Assembly: GCA_001004885.1 (NCBI GenBank) | Contig: LCRX01000009.1 | Coordinates: 1,459 to 65,458 of the forward strand | Reading direction: 5' to 3' | Source of the DNA: Candidatus Magasanikbacteria bacterium GW2011_GWA2_56_11 | GTDB taxonomy: Bacteria > Patescibacteriota > Patescibacteriia > Magasanikbacterales > UBA922 | DNA: 64,000 bases | In this document: positions 1-8,456 of the stretch, piece after piece | Layout: every line of letters begins with the position of its first letter | Numbering within the stretch: position 1 is the first letter of the stretch | Position numbers and translations under genes: made by a program | Notes under the pieces: generated by a model | What the model saw: the letters and a program-made list of their open reading frames with translations, nothing else | The model's database searches: none | What the model was told of the DNA's origin: nothing

Positions 1-177
1 GCCACGCTCGCCAGCGACTTCAACACCCCGGCCCTCGACTGCGCCGCGGTCCAGTGGCAGGACCCCGAGGTCTCTCTGTGCTTCATCCCGGACGACTCGC
101 GGCTCTTCTTCGACGATAGGAGCCTCCGCGCGAGCGAGTGCTTCTCCGGCGGCGTCCTCGTCCTTCGTCAGCCCTAG
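1..177 (+). CDS. 3' end of a high-GC hypothetical protein (partial)
   Basis: Frame +1 is open from base 1 to TAG at 175-177 (ATLASDFNTPALD...FSGGVLVLRQP*) with almost all codons ending in G/C; a GC hairpin follows at ~254-303. Confidence 0.6.
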   Translation, partial: ATLASDFNTPALDCAAVQWQDPEVSLCFIPDDSRLFFDDRSLRASECFSGGVLVLRQP

Positions 178-691
178 CCCTCGTTCTCTTCTCCACTTGT
201 CTCTTGGATCAAGGACCTTGGTCACTTGGTCCCTCGGGCACCCACCTTTATACAGGCGGCCTTGGCTCTCACGATTCCCATCGTGATCGAGCCAGGCCGC
301 CTTCGTGTTTTAATACAAATTTTGATATATTTCTCTACTGAAAGTAGGCTCATGTACCATAGTTCCCACAGGGATTACGGCCGCCGAAATTATATATCTT
401 TGGAAACGTATTGGAGTCTGGCGGTTAATACCTAACTTCTTCCAATCGTCGGAGTGTATACGAAAGATGTAGACACTGCGTGTTTTTTTGTAGGATCCAC
501 CGTGGGGCCGCATAAAATTTAAGAGGGGTAACAACCAATAACGCGGAAGTTATGTCGGGTATGTTTTTTTGTCGTAATATTGACTTTATTTACTCCAAGA
601 TCGGACTTAATTTCACGATTCTACGCTAGGCACAGCAGAGAAGACGAGTTGGCACCAGCCATGGGTTGGTACGGTGTCCAACGACGATCTA

Positions 692-720
692 TTGACTTTT
701 TTCATAATTACTTCTATACT
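692..720 (+). promoter_or_regulatory. sigma70-type promoter of ndk
   Basis: TTGACT-17 nt-TATACT upstream of ATG 748. Confidence 0.6.
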
Positions 721-747
721 CCTCACAATCCAACTAACTAAAATTCT

Positions 748-1227
748 ATGAATTTCACAGGCATATACGAAAAGACTATCCTGATCGTCAAACCGGATGG
801 TGTCCAGCGCGGACTCGTCGGCGAGGTGGTGAAGCGGCTGGAGATGAAAGGCATGAAAGTCGTGGGCTTGAAAATGATGTATTTAAACGAAGAAAAGCTG
901 CGTGAGCACTATGCCCACCACGTGGAGAAACCGTTTTACCCGGGGCTCGAGAAGTTCATGAAATCGAGCCCGGTAGTCGTGATCTGCGCCGAGGGCAAGA
1001 ACGCTGTGTCCGCCGTCCGGCTCATCGCCGGGGTAACCGACGCGGGCAAGGCTGACGCCGGCACTATCCGCGGCGACCTGGCTATGGGGATGTGCAACGT
1101 GGTCCACTGCTCAGACTCGGTTGAAACCGCGGTGGCCGAAGTTAAACGGTTCTTTGACGAAGCAGAGATCTTCGATTACAGCAAGACCGAATATTTGCAT
1201 GTTTACATGGAGGACGAGCGGGCCTAA
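748..1227 (+). CDS. ndk: nucleoside diphosphate kinase
   Basis: EKTILIVKPDGVQRGLVGE, GTIRGD and NVVHCSDS (catalytic His) motifs. Confidence 0.97.
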   Translation: MNFTGIYEKTILIVKPDGVQRGLVGEVVKRLEMKGMKVVGLKMMYLNEEKLREHYAHHVEKPFYPGLEKFMKSSPVVVICAEGKNAVSAVRLIAGVTDAGKADAGTIRGDLAMGMCNVVHCSDSVETAVAEVKRFFDEAEIFDYSKTEYLHVYMEDERA

Positions 1228-1286
1228 GGCCGTCTGTGGATAAGCCGCTTGACCAGCCCAGCCGTTTCCTATACGATAAACTAAGT

Positions 1287-1469
1287 ATGTTGACCAATTT
1301 GCGCCACAATATTCTCCTAGCCATTAAGAATTGCCTTAAGCCCGAGGTACGTATTTTCGCGTTCGATTACGCGTTCGTACCCCAAAGCGGGATGGTTTAC
1401 CAAGGCGGCGATGAGGAGAATTGCTGCGGTGGCGGTGGATGCGGTTGCGGAGGAAAAGGCAACTGCTAA
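1287..1469 (+). CDS. small protein with Cys/Gly-rich C-terminus (60 aa)
   Basis: TATG start at 1287, tail CCGGGGCGCGGKGNC, followed by a terminator-like hairpin. Confidence 0.55.
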   Translation: MLTNLRHNILLAIKNCLKPEVRIFAFDYAFVPQSGMVYQGGDEENCCGGGGCGCGGKGNC

Positions 1470-1485
1470 CAGCCAGAAAAGTGTA

Positions 1486-1520
1486 AATCATCCCGAACTC
1501 AATCGGGATGATTTTAATTT
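1486..1520 (+). terminator. intrinsic terminator
   Basis: AAATCATCCCGA-actcaa-TCGGGATGATTTT. Confidence 0.65.
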
Positions 1521-1775
1521 ATGAGAGGGGGATCTGGGGCGAGGGGATAGTAGTCCGTTCGCCCTAGGAATGGCCTAGATAGCTCTTTAAACCGGTGATT
1601 GCGTTCGCGATAGTGTGCGCAGTCCCATCACTTAGAGGTAGTGCAAGGTCAGGTTGGGGTAAATACTGATGACACTCGTCCGTATTTATCCTAACCTGAC
1701 CGGAGTGGCCGGTCGGGCGAACGCCAGCGGTGGGGCTTTCCACCGCATCCCGACAGAAGTCGAGAAAAACACAGC

Positions 1776-2012
1776 ATGTCCGACGTGAAGGAGAGTAGAC
1801 GAATGAGAAGGACCACCGGCGTGTCAGGAGCCCCCTGGGACTCTCGGCTTCTCCGTGCGGAGCACGACATCGAGATGCGTCGGGCGGGACTTATCGACGC
1901 CCACTCGCCGGCGTTGAGCCTGCGCGGCCGTTCGATCGAGGAGGCACTTCACGGGCTCCCCCCCGAGCTCTGGGAGCTCGCTGCCCGCGCTGAGCTGCGC
2001 GAGGACTACTAA
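1776..2012 (+). CDS. high-GC orphan hypothetical protein (78 aa)
   Basis: ATG start, strongly G/C-ending codons, follows a structured leader. Confidence 0.5.
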   Translation: MSDVKESRRMRRTTGVSGAPWDSRLLRAEHDIEMRRAGLIDAHSPALSLRGRSIEEALHGLPPELWELAARAELREDY

Positions 2013-2130
2013 GCCTCCCCGTTCTCCCACCAAGGCGGCCTCCACCCCCGCTACCTCCCCTTCCAATGTTTGTTTATGTATTAAGCCGATATTGGAGGAG
2101 TCTTTATCCACATTACCAAATTTTGACGTT

Positions 2131-2285
2131 GAAATCACAGCGAGTTTCCCCCTTTTCGCCTCAGCATATACTTATTTTCTCGGCACCAAAACTCGCTCTT
2201 ATAGACTAGGACATTGGTGCCGAGAAAATAAGTCTATGTTTCGGCTCAACTTAGGATAGGATTGCTAATAACTTGCTATCAGTTC
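2131..2285. repeat. MITE-like hairpin repeat family A, copy 1
   Basis: Ends GAAATCACAGCGAGT...ACTTGCTATCAGTTC, GTT duplicated on both flanks, internal ~25-bp stem; homologous to copies at 4903, 6809, 52713 and 56636. Confidence 0.9.
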
Positions 2286-2512
2286 GTTTTTAAACAATCT
2301 GCCATAGTACACCCACTATGTTGCGACATCTCAGCCAAGCCTTTTATTTCTTTTTTTTCTTCCGTCCCCTGGCCGCTGAGGTTGTTCGTGTGCGTATCTA
2401 ACAAACACACAAAACAAAGAAGAGCCTCAGCTATGGGGCTCTTTTATTTTCAGCGGGCAGCGAGAGGAAACAGGTGATTGTTTTTTCTCGGGGCTCGATG
2501 AAAGGAGAGAAC

Positions 2513-2695
2513 ATGAACACCACCGAGACCAGACTGGCCTTCAACATCTTCGACGACGCGTGGATGGAGCATATCACCCAGGAAAGGGTGGACGCCATGG
2601 TCCGGGCCTACGGCCGGGACGCCGCCAGGTACTACCTGGCGATCTACCGGAATTCGCCGGGTTGCATTGTTGACAAGAACACCGTTTGGCCATAA
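2513..2695 (+). CDS. small hypothetical protein (60 aa), paralog of the next ORF
   Basis: SD AAAGGAG before ATG 2513; ITQERVDAMVRAYGRD...GCIVD. Confidence 0.6.
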   Translation: MNTTETRLAFNIFDDAWMEHITQERVDAMVRAYGRDAARYYLAIYRNSPGCIVDKNTVWP

Positions 2696-2839
2696 ATGGA
2701 GGCCGGCATGTGGGCGAACGCGACAGTCATCACGCAGCAGGATATTGATGAGCTTCTCCGGCGATACTCCAGGGAGGATGTTGTCAGGTGGCTCAAGGTC
2801 TGGGGCGACAGTGGCTGCATCATCGAGGGAGAGGCGTAA
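2696..2839 (+). CDS. small hypothetical protein (47 aa), not in ORF track
   Basis: ATG directly after the upstream TAA; MEAGMWANATVITQQDIDELLRRYSREDVVRWLKVWGDSGCIIEGEA, similar to 2513-2695. Confidence 0.6.
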   Translation: MEAGMWANATVITQQDIDELLRRYSREDVVRWLKVWGDSGCIIEGEA

Positions 2840-2856
2840 TAGTATAGGAGGATAGC

Positions 2857-3144
2857 ATGGACTGGGCGACGAGGTGTGTCCAGGAAGGCCGCCTCCCGGC
2901 CGAACTCATCCGCGACGGACAGGAAGTCGAGTTCAAGCCTGGGTGGAGGATCAGGCCGACACCGGACCGGGACGGGCCATACCGACGGTACGTCATCGAG
3001 ACGGACGTGCTGGTGCCGGGAGTCGAGCCGGACTGGCCGTTCTCGCCCCGGCAGACTCCGGAGGTGCGCTGTACGGTCTACGTGCACTGCGCCCGCGCCG
3101 CTGCTTGGGCCGCTGCCGATGAGACGTCGGCTGCTCCGGCCTAG
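2857..3144 (+). CDS. hypothetical protein (95 aa)
   Basis: Strong SD AGGAGG before ATG, high GC3, downstream hairpin with T-tract (3184-3260). Confidence 0.55.
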   Translation: MDWATRCVQEGRLPAELIRDGQEVEFKPGWRIRPTPDRDGPYRRYVIETDVLVPGVEPDWPFSPRQTPEVRCTVYVHCARAAAWAAADETSAAPA

Positions 3145-3326
3145 ACTACGCGCTTCTACGGCACACTCCTCTCGATCGCCAACAACCGCCCACGCCAACA
3201 CACTTGAGGTCGGAAACATTGTTTCCGGGCTGAAGGAGACAGGCGTGGGCGGTTTGTTTTGCGCCAGGTTAAGCTGATGCCGGTCAATTTGTTGACAGTG
3301 GATAACCAATTATTTTATACTTATGG

Positions 3327-3468
3327 CAGATCCGCTCGCGACAGCATATCTCATTCTACAACATCGTTATCATGGGAGGCCTACATTGCCTGCGGCCCGT
3401 GGGTCCAGGTTGCGGCCACCCACCTGGTACATACAGGGATGACGATAGTGCTGTCTTGGGCAGGATCC
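3327..3468 (+). ncRNA. ssrS: candidate 6S RNA (short)
   Basis: Promoter TTGACA(3292)-18-TATACT; closing stem GATCC-GCTC-GACAGCAT / GTGCTGTC-GGGC-GGATC; large bubble; inner stem ATCGTTATC/GATGACGAT; GGGAG and CACCCACCTG..CAGG motifs that I recall from 6S RNAs; terminator 3469-3494; no credible ORF. Confidence 0.55.
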
Positions 3469-3542
3469 AAAAGGTCCCCGGCTGGGGATTTTTTGTACCC
3501 GCCGTTGGGCGCGCCGGATAACCGGCATTGAAATTATTTGGT

Positions 3543-4718
3543 ATGCTCAAGTCATACATTGAAATACCGCCTTCGGCTACCCTGAGAATGAACACCCTGG
3601 CGCTCGCGAAAAAGCAGCGCGGAGAAAGAGTCTACAACTTGAGCGCGGGCGAACCGTTTTTGCCGACGGATTCGGGGGTAATTGAGGCGGCCTGTCGCGC
3701 TATGCGAGCCGGACAGACGCACTATCCGCCGGTTTTGGGCCTGCCGGAATTGCGCCGCGCGGCAGCCGAGTGGATGAACAGCACGTACGCGACCGCCTAT
3801 GCCCCGGACGAAGTAATAGCCACCTGCGGCGGCAAATTCGGTCTTTATGCTTTGTGCCGGGCATTGCTCGGGCCCGGAGACGAGGCGCTCATTATCGCGC
3901 CATACTGGGTGTCTTATCCCTCTCTGATTCAACTCGCGGGCGCGTCCGCGGTTACTGTGGCGACTGCTCCGGAGCGCGGTTGGAAGGCAAGCCGACAGGA
4001 TCTCGAACAGGCGATAACGCCGCGCACGCGGGTAATCATTTTCAATAATGCCGCCAATCCGACCGGCGTCGTGTACCATCGGGAGGAAATTGGCGCTTTG
4101 CTGGAGTGCGCGGCCGCGCACGATTTGGCCGTTGTTTCCGACGAAGTCTACAGCGGCCTGGTATACGACGGGCGCATTTTTGTCTCGGCCGGTTCTTTTC
4201 CTGAGCATCACGGCCGGGTATTCGTCGTGCAAAGCGTGTCCAAACATTTTGCCATGACAGGCTGGCGGGTGGGATTCGTGCTGGGCGATAAAGGAATTAT
4301 CGAATCCCTGGGAGTTTTGCAGAGCCAAAGCACCACCGGAACCGCCAGCATCAGCCAGTGGGCCGCCACCGCCGCCCTGGCCATGGCGCCGGCCATTATG
4401 TCCGAAGTTTCACAAAAAATGAGCGAGCGGCGGGATGCGCTGCACAGCGCGCTCCAAAGTACGTTCGGCGGCTTTGTGGCCAAACCGGCTTCAGGACTGT
4501 ACACATTGGCGGCGTTGGCCGATTTGGGGGTAAAAGATACCGCCTCGACAGCCTTTTGCGAACGCCTGCTTGAGCAGGCTAACATCGCTCTCGTACCCGG
4601 GGCGCCATTCGGCCAGGAAGGTTATGTGCGTTTTTCGTTTGGCGAAGACAGCGCGGAACTCTGCGCGGCCGTGCGGGCTTTGGGGGAGTACTTGAAAAAA
4701 ACGCGCCTTTTGGTATAA
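3543..4718 (+). CDS. PLP-dependent class I/II (aspartate-type) aminotransferase
   Basis: NLSAGEP, NNAANPTG, SDEVY and SVSKHFAMTGWRVG (PLP lysine) motifs. Confidence 0.93.
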   Translation: MLKSYIEIPPSATLRMNTLALAKKQRGERVYNLSAGEPFLPTDSGVIEAACRAMRAGQTHYPPVLGLPELRRAAAEWMNSTYATAYAPDEVIATCGGKFGLYALCRALLGPGDEALIIAPYWVSYPSLIQLAGASAVTVATAPERGWKASRQDLEQAITPRTRVIIFNNAANPTGVVYHREEIGALLECAAAHDLAVVSDEVYSGLVYDGRIFVSAGSFPEHHGRVFVVQSVSKHFAMTGWRVGFVLGDKGIIESLGVLQSQSTTGTASISQWAATAALAMAPAIMSEVSQKMSERRDALHSALQSTFGGFVAKPASGLYTLAALADLGVKDTASTAFCERLLEQANIALVPGAPFGQEGYVRFSFGEDSAELCAAVRALGEYLKKTRLLV

Positions 4719-4744
4719 TACGGCGGCTGATACAATCAGCCGAT

Positions 4745-4818
4745 CGGGGTGTAGTTCAGTTGGCTAGAACGCATGCATGGGGTGCATGAGGTCGCACGTT
4801 CGAGTCGTGTCACCCCGA
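4745..4818 (+). tRNA. tRNA-Pro(GGG)
   Basis: Cloverleaf CGGGGTG...CACCCCG-A, anticodon arm CATGC-ATGGGGT-GCATG, TTCGAG T-loop; CCA not encoded. Confidence 0.95.
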
Positions 4819-4902
4819 CAAAAGGAAACGCCAGTCTGCCAAGCGCAAAGACAAGGGGCCTAGCCCCTTTTTCTTTTTTTGTGTTAAAATAACTTTGGCT
4901 AT

Positions 4903-5222
4903 GAACTCACAGCGAGTTTCCCCCCTTTCGCCTCAAACAGAGACTGGTTTTCACGGCCCCAAAACTCGCTCTTACAGGCTCAAACATTGGTGCCGCGAAA
5001 ATCAGTCTCTGTTTCGGCTCGACTTAGAAAAGAGAATTGCCAGAACCTACTCCCAAAAATAATTCCGAGGCAATTTTGTGCCTGTTTCGAGCGAAAATTG
5101 TCCGGGTTGAGCAGGCTAGTGGTACTATGGCGACGAAAGCCGGACAATTTGCAGCCGAAACAGGCCAAAATTGAGCCGGAAGTTATTTTTGGAAGTAGGT
5201 TCTAGTAACTCACTGTCAGTTC
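4903..5222. repeat. repeat family A copy 2, interrupted by a family B element
   Basis: GAACTCACAGCGAGT...ACTCACTGTCAGTTC with TAT duplication (4900-4902 and 5223-5225). Confidence 0.9.
5043..5202. mobile_element. MITE-like repeat family B copy (160 bp), nested in family A
   Basis: Terminal inverted repeats GAACCTACTCCCAAAAATAA / TTATTTTTGGAAGTAGGTTC, CA/TA flanks. Confidence 0.85.
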
Positions 5223-5223
5223 T

Positions 5224-5802
5224 ATGGAAGCGCTCGATCCTTTGTATTGGCTTACGCTTTATCACGCCCCTGCCATTTTCGCGGGTGCTTTTCTTTTTGG
5301 CGAGACAATCATTTTGAGCGCGGCCTTTTTGTCGGCGCAGGGCTGGTGGCAACCGGGCACGGTTTTCTGGTTTTCTCTTCTCGGCACGGTAATCGCGGAT
5401 TGCGTCTGGTTTTTTTTCGGCCACCTGGCGACGCGTACCCGGCGCTGGGAAAAAAACCAGGAAAAATACGCGCGCGTCATCGAGTTTGTCGAGCGCAAAA
5501 CCGGGAATCGGCCATATCTGGCGCTGATACCGATTAAGTTCATGTACGGAACGCGGATACTCACCATTATTTATCTTTCGCTCCATCGCGTTAAGTTTTG
5601 GTCTTTTCTGGCGGCCGACCTGGCGGCCACCGCTCTTTTGCTGGCCGTTTTGATACCCCTGGGCTGGCTGGCCGGGCGGGGTTATACTAATTTGTTAACG
5701 ACCTACCACGGAGTAACCTACGCGTTAGGCGGCGTCCTGGTTTTGTTTGCGGCGTATAAAATAGTAACTGTATGGCTCAGCCGACGGATAATAAAAAAGT
5801 AA
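5224..5802 (+). CDS. DedA family membrane protein
   Basis: GETIILSAAFL, GTVIADCVWFFFG and KFMYGTR motifs; hydrophobic helices. Confidence 0.85.
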   Translation: MEALDPLYWLTLYHAPAIFAGAFLFGETIILSAAFLSAQGWWQPGTVFWFSLLGTVIADCVWFFFGHLATRTRRWEKNQEKYARVIEFVERKTGNRPYLALIPIKFMYGTRILTIIYLSLHRVKFWSFLAADLAATALLLAVLIPLGWLAGRGYTNLLTTYHGVTYALGGVLVLFAAYKIVTVWLSRRIIKK

Positions 5803-6770
5803 GCGCCATAGTTCCGGCCCACAACGAGGCCGAAAGGATCGGACGAGTGTTGGCGGTGCTGACCACTTCTCCCCACATCCGCGAAGTGGTGGTAGTGGAT
5901 GACGGCTCCACTGATGGCACGGCAGCGGCGGCCGCGCGTTATCCGGTGCGCGTGCTTAGGCTAGGCAAAAACCAGGGCAAGGGGAGAGCGCTCGATGCCG
6001 GCGTCGGCGCGGTCGAGAGTCCGGTCTTGCTGTTTTGCGATGCGGATATGCAGGGTATTACGCACCAGATGATAGCCGAAATTATCCAGCCGGTGGCCGA
6101 GGGAAAACTGGACATGTTTATCGCGATGATGAACCGCAGGAGCTACGCGTTGCGCTTTATGCTGTCGTTTGTGCCGCTGCTCGGCGGCCAGAGGGCTCTG
6201 GCCAGAGAACTCTGGCAGCGCCTGCCAGAGTTCTACAAAGACCGGTTCCGGGTTGAAACCGCCCTGAATTTTTACGCCAAATATTACGGTCTCGGCTTTG
6301 GGTTTAAGGTTTTTACCGGTCTGGGGCAGACCATAAAGGAGAAAAAATACGGCCTGTTGTCCGGTTTTTACCGCCGGGCACTCATGCTCTATGATGTGTT
6401 CGGCGCCCAGGCGCGCCTCCAGCTCGCCAGCGTACCCCATACCCTAAAGAGCAAGCGTTTGTCCGCGTTGGGCAGCTTGGTAAGTCTTGGGGGGCTCGGC
6501 ATCGGCGCGCTCGTATTGGCGGCCTCGTACACCGGTCCGCTGCAATTTTTGCAATCGCTCTTTGCCGAACGTTTGCGCGAGGATCCAAGTACGCCGGTAG
6601 TCGATTATCTGCTTTATCTGGCCGCGGCTGCCAGCCGCGATTTGCTGCTTTTTTTCGGAGCGCTTTTGATCCTGATAAATTTTTTTTTCTTGGCGCTGGA
6701 AACGCGCCACCTGGTGGGCTGGCGCGTGGCCGAGGCAGCCAACGGCCGGAAGAATTTTTCCGAGTCCTAA
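5772..6770 (+). CDS. family 2 glycosyltransferase with C-terminal TM segments
   Basis: IVPAHNE, VVDDGSTDGT, NQGKG and DAD motifs. Confidence 0.9.
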   Translation: MAQPTDNKKVSAIVPAHNEAERIGRVLAVLTTSPHIREVVVVDDGSTDGTAAAAARYPVRVLRLGKNQGKGRALDAGVGAVESPVLLFCDADMQGITHQMIAEIIQPVAEGKLDMFIAMMNRRSYALRFMLSFVPLLGGQRALARELWQRLPEFYKDRFRVETALNFYAKYYGLGFGFKVFTGLGQTIKEKKYGLLSGFYRRALMLYDVFGAQARLQLASVPHTLKSKRLSALGSLVSLGGLGIGALVLAASYTGPLQFLQSLFAERLREDPSTPVVDYLLYLAAAASRDLLLFFGALLILINFFFLALETRHLVGWRVAEAANGRKNFSES

Positions 6771-6808
6771 GCCAAAGAACCGCCGATATTTTTTTCTGTC
6801 CATTCTAT

Positions 6809-6965
6809 GAACTCACAGCGAGTCTCCCCCCTTTCGCCTCAACATAGACTGATTTTCGCGGCCCCAAAACTCGCTCTTACAGGCTCAGACATTGGTGCCG
6901 TGAAAATCAGTCTATGTTTCGGCTCAACTTAGAAAATAGAATTGCTGATAACTCATTATCATTTC
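6809..6965. repeat. repeat family A copy 3
   Basis: Same TIR and internal hairpin; TAT duplication (6806-6808 and 6966-6968) overlapping the next ATG. Confidence 0.9.
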
Positions 6966-6966
6966 T

Positions 6967-7410
6967 ATGTATATTCTGTCTTCAGCCTTTTCCAACGGCG
7001 GAGAAATCCCCGCCGAATATACTTGCGACGGCGCCGATACTCCGCCGCCGCTCTCTTGGGGCGGTATTCCGGAAACGGCCCAGAGCCTGGTCTTGATAGC
7101 CGACGACCCTGATGCCCCGTCCGGAACATGGGTACATTGGACAGTGTGGAATCTGGATCCCAAGGCTGCCGGTCTCGAAGGTAAAAAAATCCCCCCGGGG
7201 GCGGTAGAGGGAACAACAAGTTTTGGCCGTCCCGGTTACGGCGGTCCGTGTCCGCCCTCGGGAGTGCATCGTTACTTTTTCAAGTTACTGGCTCTCGATA
7301 CGCAGCTCGGCTTGCCGGCGGGAGCCGGTTATGCGGAATTGGATCGGGCCGTGCAGGGACATATCATAGCCAATGCCGCGCTTGTCGGCATCTATTCGAG
7401 GAAACAATGA
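6967..7410 (+). CDS. YbhB/YbcL family (PEBP/Raf kinase inhibitor-like) protein
   Basis: YTCDG..PPLSW, DDPDAP, WVHW, YGGPCPPSGVHRYFF. Confidence 0.93.
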   Translation: MYILSSAFSNGGEIPAEYTCDGADTPPPLSWGGIPETAQSLVLIADDPDAPSGTWVHWTVWNLDPKAAGLEGKKIPPGAVEGTTSFGRPGYGGPCPPSGVHRYFFKLLALDTQLGLPAGAGYAELDRAVQGHIIANAALVGIYSRKQ

Positions 7411-7434
7411 AAAATTCAGGGCAGTATTAACCCT

Positions 7435-7472
7435 AAAAAAATTCTCCGGGCAGCTTGTCCCGGAGAATTTTT
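7435..7472. terminator. bidirectional terminator between convergent ybhB-like gene and rpmB
   Basis: AAAAAAATTCTCCGGG-cagcttgt-CCCGGAGAATTTTT. Confidence 0.7.
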
Positions 7473-7485
7473 GTCCCTTGTTTGT

Positions 7486-7650
7486 TTACGCCGTTGGCTT
7501 TGCCAGCGTGCGGATGCAACGGGTGCAGAGCTTGTTGTCTCCCACCTTTTGCAGGTTTGGATACTGGCGGCGAATCGTTTTGATGTTCGAGTGGCTTCGG
7601 CTGGCGGATTTCTGTGAACCCTTGCCGCAGCGGTCGCAGGTGCGGGCCAT
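7486..7650 (-). CDS. rpmB: 50S ribosomal protein L28 (Zn-ribbon type), not in ORF track
   Basis: Manual translation MARTCDRCGKGSQKSASRSHSNIKTIRRQYPNLQKVGDNKLCTRCIRTLAKPTA. Confidence 0.9.
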   Translation of the reverse strand: MARTCDRCGKGSQKSASRSHSNIKTIRRQYPNLQKVGDNKLCTRCIRTLAKPTA

Positions 7651-7870
7651 ACTAGTCTGAAATAAACAAGTCTAAATTTAAGGTGGAAACCGGGGCGGCC
7701 GGAGCGCGCGGGATTGTTTAAATTAACCGGTCGCGCTATACTGTCCAAAGTGAGCCTTATACTACACCCGGACAAAGAATTTGTCAATATTGTACCTGGC
7801 CGCCTGTCCGACGCGTGGCCGGCGGGGTAAAGTTGGCGGCCCATTATATCCAGATTTTTTGGTTTTCTCT

Positions 7871-8388
7871 ATGGAATTTACTTCTCTCCTTTTCTATTTT
7901 TTCATCATCATACCCTCGGCCATCTTTCATGAGTATGCCCACGGCTGGATGGCCGACCGGCTGGGTGATCCGACCGCGCGCTATGCCGGGCGCCTGACTC
8001 TTGACCCGCGGCCGCATATCGACAAAATCGGCACGCTGCTTTTGCCGCTGATGCTCTTCGTTTTTACCGGCGGGCGTTCTTTGTTTGCTTATTTACTTTT
8101 GGCGCCATTCTTCAGTTCGTGCCTTCCGGCAACCTGGCCGTATTTTTGTCCATTATTGTTTACGCCAATGTCCTTTTGGCGGTGTTCAATCTCGTACCGA
8201 TTCCACCCCTTGACGGATCAAAACTACTTTACGCGCTTTTGCCCGCGTCTTGGCACCAGTTGCGCGATGCGCTTGACCGGTTCGGTTTTGTATTTTTGCT
8301 CTTTTTTATTTTTTTCTTATCCCCGGTCATTATCCCCGTAATTCAGTTTGTATACCAGCTGTTCACCGCCGGAAAGGGGTTGTTCTAG
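7871..8388 (+). CDS. site-2 protease (M50 family), split by an apparent internal deletion/frameshift near 8090
   Basis: HEYAH and GDPTARYAGRLTL in one frame, FNLVPIPPLDG in another; the AKPVP...AGP segment is absent. Confidence 0.85.
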
Positions 8389-8427
8389 ATTTTAGGGCTC
8401 CCTCTCAAAGCTCTGCTGCCGACCGGC

Positions 8428-8456
8428 TTGACAAACTGCGGCGCCGGGTTTATACT
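8428..8456 (+). promoter_or_regulatory. promoter of rpsL operon with ~290-nt structured leader
   Basis: TTGACA-17-TATACT. Confidence 0.7.

Noticed and set aside
310-690. AT-rich minus-strand ORF 310-534 upstream of ndk
   Set aside because: No recognisable motif or clear start; possibly a decayed gene, but I cannot support a call
1655-1685. CTGATGA suggesting a hammerhead ribozyme
   Set aside because: No downstream GAAA core or three-way junction; the motif lies at the loop of a simple hairpin
4980-5205. ORFs with repeated peptides such as MACFGCKLSG (also 11881-12114, 6914-7096, 52817-53176)
   Set aside because: They are translations of repeat families A and B, not independent genes
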